NCBI GenBank assembly: GCA_965226795.1
Contig: CBDDDZ010000002.1
Location: 224,001-288,000 of the forward strand
Origin: Candidatus Latescibacterota bacterium
GTDB lineage: Bacteria > Latescibacterota > UBA2968 > GCA-2709665
DNA: 64,000 nucleotides
Direction: 5' to 3'
The notes beneath the pieces were generated by a model. It saw only the letters and a list, made by a program, of their open reading frames with translations. It did not search any database and was not told the DNA's origin. The position numbers and the translations under genes were made by a program. Below, one piece after another: positions 1 through 9,368 of the stretch (positions are counted from its first letter, which is position 1; every line of letters starts with the position of its first letter).

Positions 1-2
1 CT

Positions 3-569
3 GTTTTCGACCTCTGCGACTGCCGTGCCGGCATCCTGATCTGTTACGACAACAACCTGCCTGAAAACGTGCGCCTTACCGCCATGATGGGCGCCGAAAT
101 CATCTTCATGCCGCACGTCACCTGCGGGCTGCCCTCCTCCATGCCCGGCCGGGGAGTCATCGACCGCGCCCTCTGGGAAAACCGTCACCGCGACCCCGTG
201 TCCCTCCGGCAGGAATTCAGCGGACCTAAGGGCCGGGGCTGGCTCATGCGCTGGCTGCCGGCCCGCGCCTACGAAAACGGCGTCTACGCCGTGTACACGA
301 ATCCCATTGGCGTCGAACACGATACGGTCAAGAACGGCAATGCCATGATCCTGGACCCGTTCGGCGAAATCCTGGTCGAGTCCGATGCGCTGGACGACGA
401 CGTGGTGGTGGGATTGCTCACGCCCGATAAAATACCGGTCTCCTCCGGGTACCGATATATACGCGCGCGCCGGCCAGACCTCTACGGTAAACTGGTGGAA
501 CCCCTTCCGCCGGACATGCAGCGGGGCACGAATCCGGGCTGGAAACTGAAGCAACCCGAAGATAGGTAG
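3..569 (+). CDS. Carbon-nitrogen hydrolase (nitrilase family), 5'-partial
   Basis: Frame is open from the window edge: VFDLCDCRAGILICYDNNLPENVRL, with the ICYD catalytic-Cys motif; also RAYEN and G-AMILDPFG. Confidence 0.9.
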   Translation, partial: VFDLCDCRAGILICYDNNLPENVRLTAMMGAEIIFMPHVTCGLPSSMPGRGVIDRALWENRHRDPVSLRQEFSGPKGRGWLMRWLPARAYENGVYAVYTNPIGVEHDTVKNGNAMILDPFGEILVESDALDDDVVVGLLTPDKIPVSSGYRYIRARRPDLYGKLVEPLPPDMQRGTNPGWKLKQPEDR

Positions 570-666
570 GGGTCCCCCGATACCGTGCCCGAATTCGAAC
601 CGGCGCGAAGGACGGCCGGCGCGCCTGCCTGACGTAGCGTATTCTGAGATCAGCAGAGAGCAAAAA

Positions 667-2646
667 ATGGCGCAGAGTTCCGCACCTCGCACAGAATCCG
701 AATCCCGGGTCGCCCCTCAGTCCGACGCGGTCACGCTTCGCGCCGTCGCCATCGGTCTGCTGCTGGTTCTTGTCGTCAATTTCTGGATTTCTACGACCGA
801 ATACGTTATCCACGCCTCGCGGATGCAACTCTCCTTCTTCCCCCTCGCCCTCTTCGCCACTTTCCTCGTGCTCGTCATCGTCAACGGGTTCATCCGCCGC
901 CTCCGGCCGCACAGCGCCCTCCAGGCGTCCGAACTGCTCACCATCCTGGCCATGGGGTTCGTTGGCGCCGTGGTGCCTACCTCCGGCATCACGGGGTTTC
1001 TGCTTGGTATTCTTTCCGGCGTCTACTATTTCGCCACCCCGGAGAACCAGTGGGCCAACTACCTGCATCCCAATATGCCCGGGTGGGCCGTGCCATCGAA
1101 TGAAAATCAGGCGATGACCTGGTTTTACGAGGGTTTGCCTGAGGGGCAGCCGGCGCCTTACCGCGCATGGGTTTCTCCTCTCATCTGCTGGATTTTCTTC
1201 CTGCTTGCCCTTTGCACGCTCCTGTTCTGCATTTCGGTTATCCTCCGCAAGCAGTGGGTGCAGAACGAGCGCCTGGTCTTTCCGCTAGCTTCCGTCGGCG
1301 CCACGCTGACGCGTGCGACGCGTGGCGGTTTCCTGCCCGATGCCCTTCGCGGCGGCCTCTTCTGGGGCGGCTTCGGGGTGGGATTCGGCGCCATTACCTG
1401 GAACATCCTCAGCTATTTCTGGCCAGTCGTGCCCAAAATCCCGTTACAGGGCAAATGGGTCGTCTTTGCGAAGGGATTTCCACGTGTCAACACCCGCATC
1501 AACTTTCTGACCGCGGGATTCGCGTACTTCGCCAACCTGAACATCCTGTTCTCCATCTGGGTGTTCTTCGTTCTCTTTTTCTGGTTCGAAAACGGCATCA
1601 TCAACCGCATCGGATACGTTATCCCACGCAAGCCGCTCAATTTCTCCGCCGAGACCGAAGTCACGGCCTGGCAGGGCTTCGGCGCCCTGACAGCGCTGGT
1701 ACTGTGGAACCTCTGGACCGCCCGAACCCATATCCGGGCCGTCTTCGCCAGGGCGTTCGGGAAAGGTGATGCCGACGATGCCGGCGAGTTGCTCTCCTAT
1801 CGCGCCGCCGTGATCGGGCTCATCGGCAGCCTCATCTTCATCTGCGCCTTCTTCGCCCGGTTGGGCATGCAGGGCAAACTCGTCGCGCTGCTGGTGCCCG
1901 CGCTGATCGTCAATTATCTCTCCATAGCCCGCATCGTCTCGGAGACCGGCCTGGCCTACATGCGTACCACGTTGACCGAACAGTACGCCGCCCTCTACAC
2001 GATTGGCACGTCCGCCCTTTCGCCCGCCAGCATGTCGGGCATGAGCCTCACGTACAGCCTTGTCTGCCAGGGTAAGGGCACGTTCATGTCTCCCTTCATG
2101 CACGTGGTCCGGCTTGCGGACCTTATCCGCCGGAATCGACGCCGCCTGGTCCCCGCCCTGGCGCTGGTTGTGCTGGTGGGGCTGGCGGCGGACTTCGCCC
2201 TCACCATCCACCTGGGTTACCGAACCGGCGCTTTCAACTTCAACGCCTGGCCCTTCTCCAGCGCCGGCCGCTTCGCGTACGACCTCACCGTTACCCAGAT
2301 GCGGAGCCCCTTCGACACCAGCTGGGAGCGCCTGGCCGTCTTCTGCGTGGGCGCCGCCGCGATGTCCCTGCTTACCTTTCTGCACTACCGATTGCCCTGG
2401 TGGCCCTTTCATCCCATCGCCTTTCCCATTGCCTTCTCCTGGAACACTCAGCTCACCTTCTTCTCAATCTTTGTCGTCTGGGCTATCAAAGCTATTCTGC
2501 TCAAGGTCGGCGGCGTCAACCTCTACCGGAAGTGGCAGCCCGCCTTCCTGGGCCTGCTGACCGGCTATGTCCTGGCCATCACGTTCTCATTCCTCGTGGA
2601 CGCCATCTGGTTCCCCGGCCAGGGACACGGTGTGCACAATTACTAG
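667..2646 (+). CDS. Polytopic membrane protein, putative transporter (DUF6785/DUF6784-like)
   Basis: 659 aa with many hydrophobic helices; RKQW..NERLVFP and WWPFHPI motifs as I recall them for this family. Confidence 0.7.
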   Translation: MAQSSAPRTESESRVAPQSDAVTLRAVAIGLLLVLVVNFWISTTEYVIHASRMQLSFFPLALFATFLVLVIVNGFIRRLRPHSALQASELLTILAMGFVGAVVPTSGITGFLLGILSGVYYFATPENQWANYLHPNMPGWAVPSNENQAMTWFYEGLPEGQPAPYRAWVSPLICWIFFLLALCTLLFCISVILRKQWVQNERLVFPLASVGATLTRATRGGFLPDALRGGLFWGGFGVGFGAITWNILSYFWPVVPKIPLQGKWVVFAKGFPRVNTRINFLTAGFAYFANLNILFSIWVFFVLFFWFENGIINRIGYVIPRKPLNFSAETEVTAWQGFGALTALVLWNLWTARTHIRAVFARAFGKGDADDAGELLSYRAAVIGLIGSLIFICAFFARLGMQGKLVALLVPALIVNYLSIARIVSETGLAYMRTTLTEQYAALYTIGTSALSPASMSGMSLTYSLVCQGKGTFMSPFMHVVRLADLIRRNRRRLVPALALVVLVGLAADFALTIHLGYRTGAFNFNAWPFSSAGRFAYDLTVTQMRSPFDTSWERLAVFCVGAAAMSLLTFLHYRLPWWPFHPIAFPIAFSWNTQLTFFSIFVVWAIKAILLKVGGVNLYRKWQPAFLGLLTGYVLAITFSFLVDAIWFPGQGHGVHNY

Positions 2647-2802
2647 TGTTCTGCCCCGGAAATAGATTGCCGAAATTCGGCCGCCGAGTCGCCCGGCTGG
2701 CAAGGCGCCTGAGCGAGGCGACCTGAGCAAGGTCGGCGAGGCAACGCAGCGAGACGGAATGAATCGGCTGATGAATGGTAACATATTTCTGGGACGGGAC
2801 AC
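2646..2802. mobile_element. MITE-like element with 19-bp imperfect terminal inverted repeats
   Basis: GTGTTCTGCCCCGGAAATA ... TATTTCTGGGACGGGACAC; starts at the last base of the upstream TAG stop; no plausible ORF inside. Confidence 0.6.
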
Positions 2803-2838
2803 CAAGCGCGATGGAAGGCGGACACCACGACGCATGTG

Positions 2839-2875
2839 GAAAAAGGGCCGACGAGACTCTCGTCGGCCCTTTTTC
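2839..2875. terminator. Bidirectional intrinsic terminator
   Basis: GAAAAAGGGCCGACGAG-act-CTCGTCGGCCCTTTTTC between convergent genes. Confidence 0.85.
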
Positions 2876-2985
2876 AGTTGCCCGATTTCCAGCGCAAACT
2901 TGCGTATGGTTGTTTGAGGCGGCGTCTTAACCGGCAACACCACCAGCCTTCGTATTTGGACTCACCGTTGCTTGGGCCTGTAAAT

Positions 2986-5028
2986 TCAGGGCATCACCCG
3001 AAATACCGCCGAACTCGCCGCCTGGCTTTCCGCCTGCAAATCCTCCACGACAACCTTGAACGCCCAGGGTCCGGGTGTAGACCCCTCCATATCCAGGGTG
3101 AGATAGTGCGGCTGCCAATCCCTCGTCTCACTGTACGAATTGGTCACGGCCGTGGTCCACTCGGGAATCGCCACGTCTTTTTCCGTCCACTTTTCCGGCA
3201 GCAGGCGGGTCTGGTAGGTAATCCGGTACCGTGCGGCGCCGAACTCATCCCGCTTCAAATTGTAGACCTCGAAATAGAACGTCATGCTGCCGTCCCGCTG
3301 GCACCGCTTCAACGGATTGGGCAACACCATGAACCTGTCCCGGCCGAACGGGCGATCATCCTGTTCGACAACCCGCTGAGCCAGCAGCAGGTCGCTGATC
3401 TCCAGTCTATCTCTGCCGTACCGGCTGATCTGTAACGAATCGCGAAAGGTTCCAAGACTGCGTCTGTTCCGATCCTCCGTCTCGACCGCGAGATGGTACA
3501 TCCCCGGATCCACAGACAGCCGCTCGCCCCAGAACAGGTACCCGTCCCGCACCGCATTACCCTCGATCCACGGCATTCTGTGAATAGGAGAAATGACCTT
3601 TTCGACTTCCTTCCATCCTGCGTCAAACAGAAACAGACCCTGCATCAGATCCACCGACTGTATTCCCGAACTGACCTCCCGGTGCTCGACGTGTTCGCCG
3701 GAAAGCGCATAATAAAGCTCCACGCGGGTCTTGCCGTCCTCTCCGCGGAATTGCGCGACCTCGAACGGCGCATCGTACCGTTTCAGCCAGTACGGGTCGC
3801 TGTAGTACTCGGGAACCCGTGCCAGAAGATCCTTGTATCTGCTTCGCACCGTACCCCGAATCGAAACCTGCAGCACGTCCCAGTCATTTTCCCCCAGGCG
3901 CTCGAATGTCACGCTGAACCCCGGATAGCTCCACGTCTCGCGCAGCAACACGTAATTCATACGATCCAGATAGATGTTTCGCGCGTCGGGATGTCCATAA
4001 CGTATGTACACCTGCCCCCGGTCCGTCTCCCAGCCCTCGACGCCGCGATCCGGATCGGAAAATCTGAGATTCGCATATGCGACCCGCCTGCAGTGTTCCA
4101 GCATCCGCTCGTTTCCTGGAGTCAGGAATAGCGGATCCCGCCCCGTCCAGAACCGGCGCAGGGTCTCTTCGTCCGGCAGTTCCCCCCCGTCTTTCAACGC
4201 TTCCCGGTCCGCCAACACCACCACCGACCTGATGAACTGCTGTTCCAGCCGGGACATCAGGTTCAGGCCTTCCGTATAGGCGGCGAAGGCTTTGTCCAGG
4301 TTCTCCCGGGACTGGTAACCCAGCCCCGTGAAAAAATACGCATCCCAGTCTTCCGGATGGCGTTCCGTATAACCTTCAAACAACTCCACGAGCAGATCGG
4401 CCATATGTCCTTCAAGGTAGACCTGGCCCAGCAGAATCCGGGCGGGACGATGTTCCGGATCCACCTCCAGCGTGCGGGTCAGATATCCGATCGCCTGCTC
4501 CCGCATTCTCCTGCCGTAATCTCCGTAATGGAACCTTCGTTTGCGTTCCAGGCCGGACTTCAAGGTTTCCCGTTCCAGGTTGTACATCATTTCCCTGGCG
4601 GCGTAGCGCCCGGCCAGATAGAGGGCCCCGGCGTCATTCGGCGACAGCGCGACCGCGCGCCTGATCTGCTTGTAAAACTCATCCCGCGATCCCGACTGCC
4701 AGAAAATCTCCGCATACGTCTTCATGTAGGCGGCGTTCTCCGGCTCTCGCTTCATTGCCCTTTGCACCCACTGCCTCGCGAACCGCCTGGCCAAGACGGT
4801 GTCGCGGCTCAAATAGTGCCTGGCCAGTGCATGCATCGCCCGTCCCGACGGATCGTACCGAACAGCCCTCTCCATCAGCGACACCCGCTTCATGTGGGAC
4901 AGCGAGGAATCCGCTGCGGAGGCCAGAAGGGCCGCCGCCTTGTACGCGTCCCGCTTGGCGGCCGCCAGGGGCGCGGTGACGCACAGGATGGTCGAGATCA
5001 ATAGTGCAAAACGCAACATGATGAACAC
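2986..5028 (-). CDS. Exported TPR + GWxTD domain protein (copy 1)
   Basis: Signal peptide, TPR-like helices, FW..RDP, EH.RRVAYAN, GWETDRGQVYIRYGHP, beta-rich C-terminus. Confidence 0.88.
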   Translation of the reverse strand: MFIMLRFALLISTILCVTAPLAAAKRDAYKAAALLASAADSSLSHMKRVSLMERAVRYDPSGRAMHALARHYLSRDTVLARRFARQWVQRAMKREPENAAYMKTYAEIFWQSGSRDEFYKQIRRAVALSPNDAGALYLAGRYAAREMMYNLERETLKSGLERKRRFHYGDYGRRMREQAIGYLTRTLEVDPEHRPARILLGQVYLEGHMADLLVELFEGYTERHPEDWDAYFFTGLGYQSRENLDKAFAAYTEGLNLMSRLEQQFIRSVVVLADREALKDGGELPDEETLRRFWTGRDPLFLTPGNERMLEHCRRVAYANLRFSDPDRGVEGWETDRGQVYIRYGHPDARNIYLDRMNYVLLRETWSYPGFSVTFERLGENDWDVLQVSIRGTVRSRYKDLLARVPEYYSDPYWLKRYDAPFEVAQFRGEDGKTRVELYYALSGEHVEHREVSSGIQSVDLMQGLFLFDAGWKEVEKVISPIHRMPWIEGNAVRDGYLFWGERLSVDPGMYHLAVETEDRNRRSLGTFRDSLQISRYGRDRLEISDLLLAQRVVEQDDRPFGRDRFMVLPNPLKRCQRDGSMTFYFEVYNLKRDEFGAARYRITYQTRLLPEKWTEKDVAIPEWTTAVTNSYSETRDWQPHYLTLDMEGSTPGPWAFKVVVEDLQAESQAASSAVFRVMP

Positions 5029-5127
5029 CGCGTAAATTGGTGGGGATGGGAAACCGATGAGGAGCCGGGTGAAGGCGTGAGCCGCATCCCGTTACGGACG
5101 GTTCCGAACGAATCCCGTATCACATTG

Positions 5128-5155
5128 TAGACCCAGAAAGGGAATGAAAGGTTCC
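5128..5155 (-). promoter_or_regulatory. ECF sigma-type promoter
   Basis: Minus strand GGAACC-N17-GTCTA, about 100 nt upstream of GWxTD copy 1. Confidence 0.5.
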
Positions 5156-5203
5156 CCAGGCGTGAATATCGTCCCTGAGACCGGTGGGTCGGTTCTTCGC
5201 CGG

Positions 5204-7327
5204 CTACCACCGCACGCGAAAACGCGTTGTCGATTCGGCCGCCGTGCCGGCCAGTGAATCCTCAATGACCACCCGGAACGCGCGCAACCCCGGCGATGTA
5301 TCGGCCATATCCACCCGCAGATACCGGGGTTCCCAATCCCGAGCTCCGCGGTACGTATAAGACACCGCCGTCGTCCACTGCGGCTGCGGATCCTCCAGTC
5401 GTCGCTTCTCCGGTATCACCTGCGTCTGGTATCCGATCCTGTAATGCGTGGCGCCGAAGGAATCGCGCGCCAGGTTGTACACCTCGAAATAAAACCACGC
5501 ACTTCCGTTCCGTGAACACTCCGCCAGCGGATTGGGGAGCACCATATACCGCGCTCGCTCCATTGGCCATTCCTCGCGTTCTACGATCCGGCGCGCCATC
5601 AGCAGGCTGCTGATCTCCAGCGAATCGCGGCTGAACCGCCTGACCCGTAACGGTTCCCTGAACGTACCTACTTTCCTGTTCGCCTGGTCTTCCGCCTCCC
5701 CCGCCAGGTGATAATCCCCCGGCGCCAGCGTCAACTGCTCGCTCGCGATAAGATAACCCCGCTTGGTGGACACGTACTGTATCCATGGCATCCTTCGCAC
5801 TCGGCCGACCTCGCGCCGCAGCGTATCCCAGGCCGCGTCGAACAGGAACATCGCCTGCACCACGTCCACCGCTCGGATCCCGGGCCCGACCTCTTCATGC
5901 GTGACCTGGTCGCCGGGAAGCGCATAATATACCTCCACACCCGTCGTTCCACCAGAGCGCCGGAATTGCGCAATCTGATACGGCACGCTGTACTGATAAG
6001 GATAGCGGTAATAGTCCGGAACGGCCTTCACCAGCTCGCTGAAGGTCAGCGTCTGACCACCCAGCTTCGAGGCTCCGAACCGCCACGAATCCCAGGAATT
6101 GGTATTGAAGAACGAAACCTCGAACCCGTCGTACGTCCAGGTATCCTTTCGAGGTTGAAAGTCGAAGATCATCCCGGTCGGGCCTACCTTGCCCTGTCTC
6201 CTCAACTTCGCCTCCTCGGCGATCGTCCGAGTTAAACCCAAATCGATGTCCGCCGGCGTCATTTGCCGGGCGAGGGGTTTTCCATATCGGATATACGCCT
6301 GTCCCCGGTCCGTTTCCCACCCGGCGTACCCGTTGATGGGGTCGCCGAACCGCAGATTCGCGAAAGCCACCCGCCTGCACTGCTCCAACATTCGCTCGTT
6401 TATTTTGCTCAAATACAACGGATCTTTCCCGAACCAGAATTTTTGAATTGCCTCCACGTCCGGCGCGGGTTCGCCCTTCTTCCACGCCTTCTTGTCCCGC
6501 ATCAGGAACACCGATTGCATGAATCGGCGTTGCCGGTCGGAGAGGCGCGACAGTCCGTCCACGTAGGCCCGGTAGGCCGCTTCGGGGTCGCCCTTGGCCT
6601 GATGTCCCAAACCCTTAAAGAAATAGGCGTCCGAACGACCCGGATGTCGTTCAATATCGTCTCTAAACAGGGCAATCAACGCATCCGGCATCCGCGCCAT
6701 GTAGTACGCCAGCCCAAGGTTCACCCGGGACGGCCAGTGATCCGCATCCAGATCCAGGGCGCGGCTCAGATAGTCGATTCCGACGTCCACGTCCATGTCC
6801 GCGTAACCTCGCTGCGCGAACGTGCGCCCAGTCGTCACGTCTCCGTCCCCGGCCGCGCGCATCTCGTCCGCTTCATCCTCACGCGTGAAGAATGTCATCT
6901 CCCAGGACCAGACCACGTACCGCCCCGCCCAATAGTGCGCTCGCACGTTTTCCGGGTCCAGCGCGATGGCCTCCCGCGCCTTCTTGAAGGACGCGGGCCT
7001 CTGTCCCGTGCGCCACGCCAATTCCGCGAAGGTCGCCACGTAGTTCCCGTTCTCGGGTTCCCGTTCCAGCGCCCTCTTCAGCAGGGACCGCGCCTGCTGG
7101 CGCGAATACGTCGTGCCTTTTTCCAGCTTCAATCGCGCGAGCGCGTGCATGGCCTTTCCCGTCCGGTCGTGTTTCATCGCCTGCTTCGCGAGATCCCTGC
7201 GCGTTTCCCACTCCAGCGTCGTATCCGTGGATGCCAGAATGAGCGAATCCACCTTCGCAGGGTCGGCCTGCGCGGCCAGCGCCGGGGCCGTTAACAACCA
7301 CAAGCATAATACCGTCAATACGAACAT
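5204..7327 (-). CDS. Exported TPR + GWxTD domain protein (copy 2)
   Basis: Signal peptide (ALA-AQA), TPR-like helices, GWETDRGQAYIRYGKP; paralogous to copy 1. Confidence 0.88.
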   Translation of the reverse strand: MFVLTVLCLWLLTAPALAAQADPAKVDSLILASTDTTLEWETRRDLAKQAMKHDRTGKAMHALARLKLEKGTTYSRQQARSLLKRALEREPENGNYVATFAELAWRTGQRPASFKKAREAIALDPENVRAHYWAGRYVVWSWEMTFFTREDEADEMRAAGDGDVTTGRTFAQRGYADMDVDVGIDYLSRALDLDADHWPSRVNLGLAYYMARMPDALIALFRDDIERHPGRSDAYFFKGLGHQAKGDPEAAYRAYVDGLSRLSDRQRRFMQSVFLMRDKKAWKKGEPAPDVEAIQKFWFGKDPLYLSKINERMLEQCRRVAFANLRFGDPINGYAGWETDRGQAYIRYGKPLARQMTPADIDLGLTRTIAEEAKLRRQGKVGPTGMIFDFQPRKDTWTYDGFEVSFFNTNSWDSWRFGASKLGGQTLTFSELVKAVPDYYRYPYQYSVPYQIAQFRRSGGTTGVEVYYALPGDQVTHEEVGPGIRAVDVVQAMFLFDAAWDTLRREVGRVRRMPWIQYVSTKRGYLIASEQLTLAPGDYHLAGEAEDQANRKVGTFREPLRVRRFSRDSLEISSLLMARRIVEREEWPMERARYMVLPNPLAECSRNGSAWFYFEVYNLARDSFGATHYRIGYQTQVIPEKRRLEDPQPQWTTAVSYTYRGARDWEPRYLRVDMADTSPGLRAFRVVIEDSLAGTAAESTTRFRVRW

Positions 7328-7392
7328 TCAAATCTCCGAAAACCCGGCAGGATTTCCATTTACGCGACACCAATCCATGCCATACACATGGG

Positions 7393-8505
7393 CTATGGCG
7401 CGTGTATCGTCTCATGGGCACTGCTGTACCGCGCCACCGCTTCAATATCCAGTTCGCACCCCAGCCCCGGTGCCATGGAAACCGGCGTGAATCCGTCTTC
7501 GAAAACCATCGGCTCCAGGATCAGGTTGTGCTCCCGCACCCAGCTTCCCACGATGTCCGACGCCATGGTGCAGTTCGGCACCACCGAGACCGCGTGCACG
7601 AAGGAGGATTCCATGATTCCCAGGTCCACCCCGGAACCGTGCCAGCAGCGCAGCCCGGCCGCCTCCGCAACGGCGGCGCACTTCGCAAAGCCCGCCATGC
7701 TCCCGCCCAGGTTGACGCAATCCACCACACCGGCCTTCACGGCCCGCAGCACCCCCTCACCACTCCCGAGATGCATCGCAACTGGAATACCGATGGCCTC
7801 GTGAATCTCCACGTACCCTTCCAGATTCGACTTGGGGATCGGGTCTTCGAATACCTCCACGTTGCCCAGTTGCTCGAGTTGGCCGGCGAGTTCAATCGTC
7901 TGCGCCGCCGTGCGAAACCGCTCGTTCGGATCCACCGTGACCTTGAACTCCGGCCCCGCCACGTCCCGGATTGCCCGTAGCCGTTCCACCATTGGCTCCT
8001 CGATCTTGCACTTGATCTTGATCCCCTTGAAGCCGTGCTCGAGCGCCCGCGCGACCGTCCGTTTTCCATCCTCAGGTGTCTGGGACCCCATCCAGTAATC
8101 CGCCCGCACCCGGTCGCGCACCGCGCCGCCCAGCAGGGCATGCACGGGAAGTCCGCGCACCCGGCCGATCAGATCGAAAACGGCTACCTCGAGGGCGTGA
8201 TACGCGGGGCCCGTTCCTACGTCCAGCACCGTCTCCGTTCCGTCGCTGCGAGACTCGTAGATATTCTGCAGCGTCACCGCTTCGGGGTCCCGGCCCAGCA
8301 CCAGGGCCGCGCCCGCGCGCACGTCTTCGATGGGCACGCCCCGGCCGGTTTCGCCCAACCCGTAGTACTCGGTATCCGTATTGAGCCGGAGGATATGCTT
8401 GGTCACCTCGTCCCATCCGACGTTCGGCACCCATTCGGGGCTGTTCACCCGTCCCGGAATGGTCGGAACCACCACGGTCCACACGTCTACTGATGTCATT
8501 TTCAT
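7393..8505 (-). CDS. Mandelate racemase/muconate lactonizing enzyme family (enolase superfamily)
   Basis: GLGE, DLIG...GLPVHALLGG, KIK, DPN, EDP, PGLG motifs. Confidence 0.9.
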   Translation of the reverse strand: MKMTSVDVWTVVVPTIPGRVNSPEWVPNVGWDEVTKHILRLNTDTEYYGLGETGRGVPIEDVRAGAALVLGRDPEAVTLQNIYESRSDGTETVLDVGTGPAYHALEVAVFDLIGRVRGLPVHALLGGAVRDRVRADYWMGSQTPEDGKRTVARALEHGFKGIKIKCKIEEPMVERLRAIRDVAGPEFKVTVDPNERFRTAAQTIELAGQLEQLGNVEVFEDPIPKSNLEGYVEIHEAIGIPVAMHLGSGEGVLRAVKAGVVDCVNLGGSMAGFAKCAAVAEAAGLRCWHGSGVDLGIMESSFVHAVSVVPNCTMASDIVGSWVREHNLILEPMVFEDGFTPVSMAPGLGCELDIEAVARYSSAHETIHAP

Positions 8506-8617
8506 CGTCCGCTCCTCGGTTTAAAGATTTCCGGATACAGTATGTCTATACCCGGTGCGGCATCGCTATGCTCAGCCACTAGCGAAACCTTAAGCATCCA
8601 ATGACGAAAAAACCTGC

Positions 8618-8659
8618 TTGACAACGACAACTGATATACTGTATATTGAAAGTAATACA
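8618..8659 (+). promoter_or_regulatory. Sigma70 promoter overlapped by a YtrA-type GntR operator
   Basis: TTGACA-N18-TATATT; inverted repeat TGTAT-N10-ATACA at 8640-8659 upstream of the GntR gene. Confidence 0.65.
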
Positions 8660-8684
8660 CTAATTCACTTTGGAGAACTGACCC

Positions 8685-9077
8685 GTGCTGATTGCAATCG
8701 ATCACCACAGCGGCGTGCCGGTCTACCGGCAGTTGATGGACCAGATTAAATTTCATATCGCAAGCGGCCTGATTCGGCCGGGCGAGAAGCTGCCCGCCAC
8801 GCGCACCCTCTCCGCACAACTGGGTGTCAACCCGATGACCGTCAGCAAAGCCTACGGCTATCTGGAGGCGGAGGGCATCGTGGAACGGCGTCGCGGGCGT
8901 CCCCTCACCGTCAGTTACCTGAGACCCGAAAAGATCGAGGTTCATAAGCTTGATCGTCTAAGGCAGAGCCTGGCGCCCATTGTGGCCATCGCGAGGCAGC
9001 TTGGCATCGACAAAGCCCAGGCACTGGAAATTTTCGGCCAGATGATGGACGATGCCGGCAATCAAGAGGAATCATAA
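8685..9077 (+). CDS. GntR family regulator, YtrA subfamily
   Basis: PVYRQLMDQI...PGEKLPATRTLS.QLGVNPMTVSKAY..LEAEG winged HTH with a short C-terminal domain. Confidence 0.92.
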   Translation: MLIAIDHHSGVPVYRQLMDQIKFHIASGLIRPGEKLPATRTLSAQLGVNPMTVSKAYGYLEAEGIVERRRGRPLTVSYLRPEKIEVHKLDRLRQSLAPIVAIARQLGIDKAQALEIFGQMMDDAGNQEES

Positions 9078-9078
9078 T

Positions 9079-9351
9079 ATGGAATCTGCATTCGAAGTCA
9101 AGAATCTCACAAAGGCGTTTGGAGACGTGACCCCGCTGGACAACGTGAGCGTGGCCAGAGGAAAATCGCTTGTCTCGATGCCGGTGTACCATCGGTTCAC
9201 GTTCGGACCCTACGAAACGGCCAAATTGGCCGCACGGAGAAACTCCACGCGGAGATGGAAACTCACGGCTCCGCTCACCGGCCTTATCGACTGGATCCGC
9301 GCCGGCGAGTACGAGAACTACGGCGCGGTCCGACCCTTCCATATGTTCTAG
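9079..9351 (+). pseudogene. Truncated ABC transporter ATPase remnant
   Basis: MESAFEVKNLTKAFGDVTPLDNVS is a typical ABC ATPase N-terminus; no Walker A follows; the rest is unrelated. Confidence 0.7.
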
Positions 9352-9368
9352 ACTGGTGCCAGTTGTGC

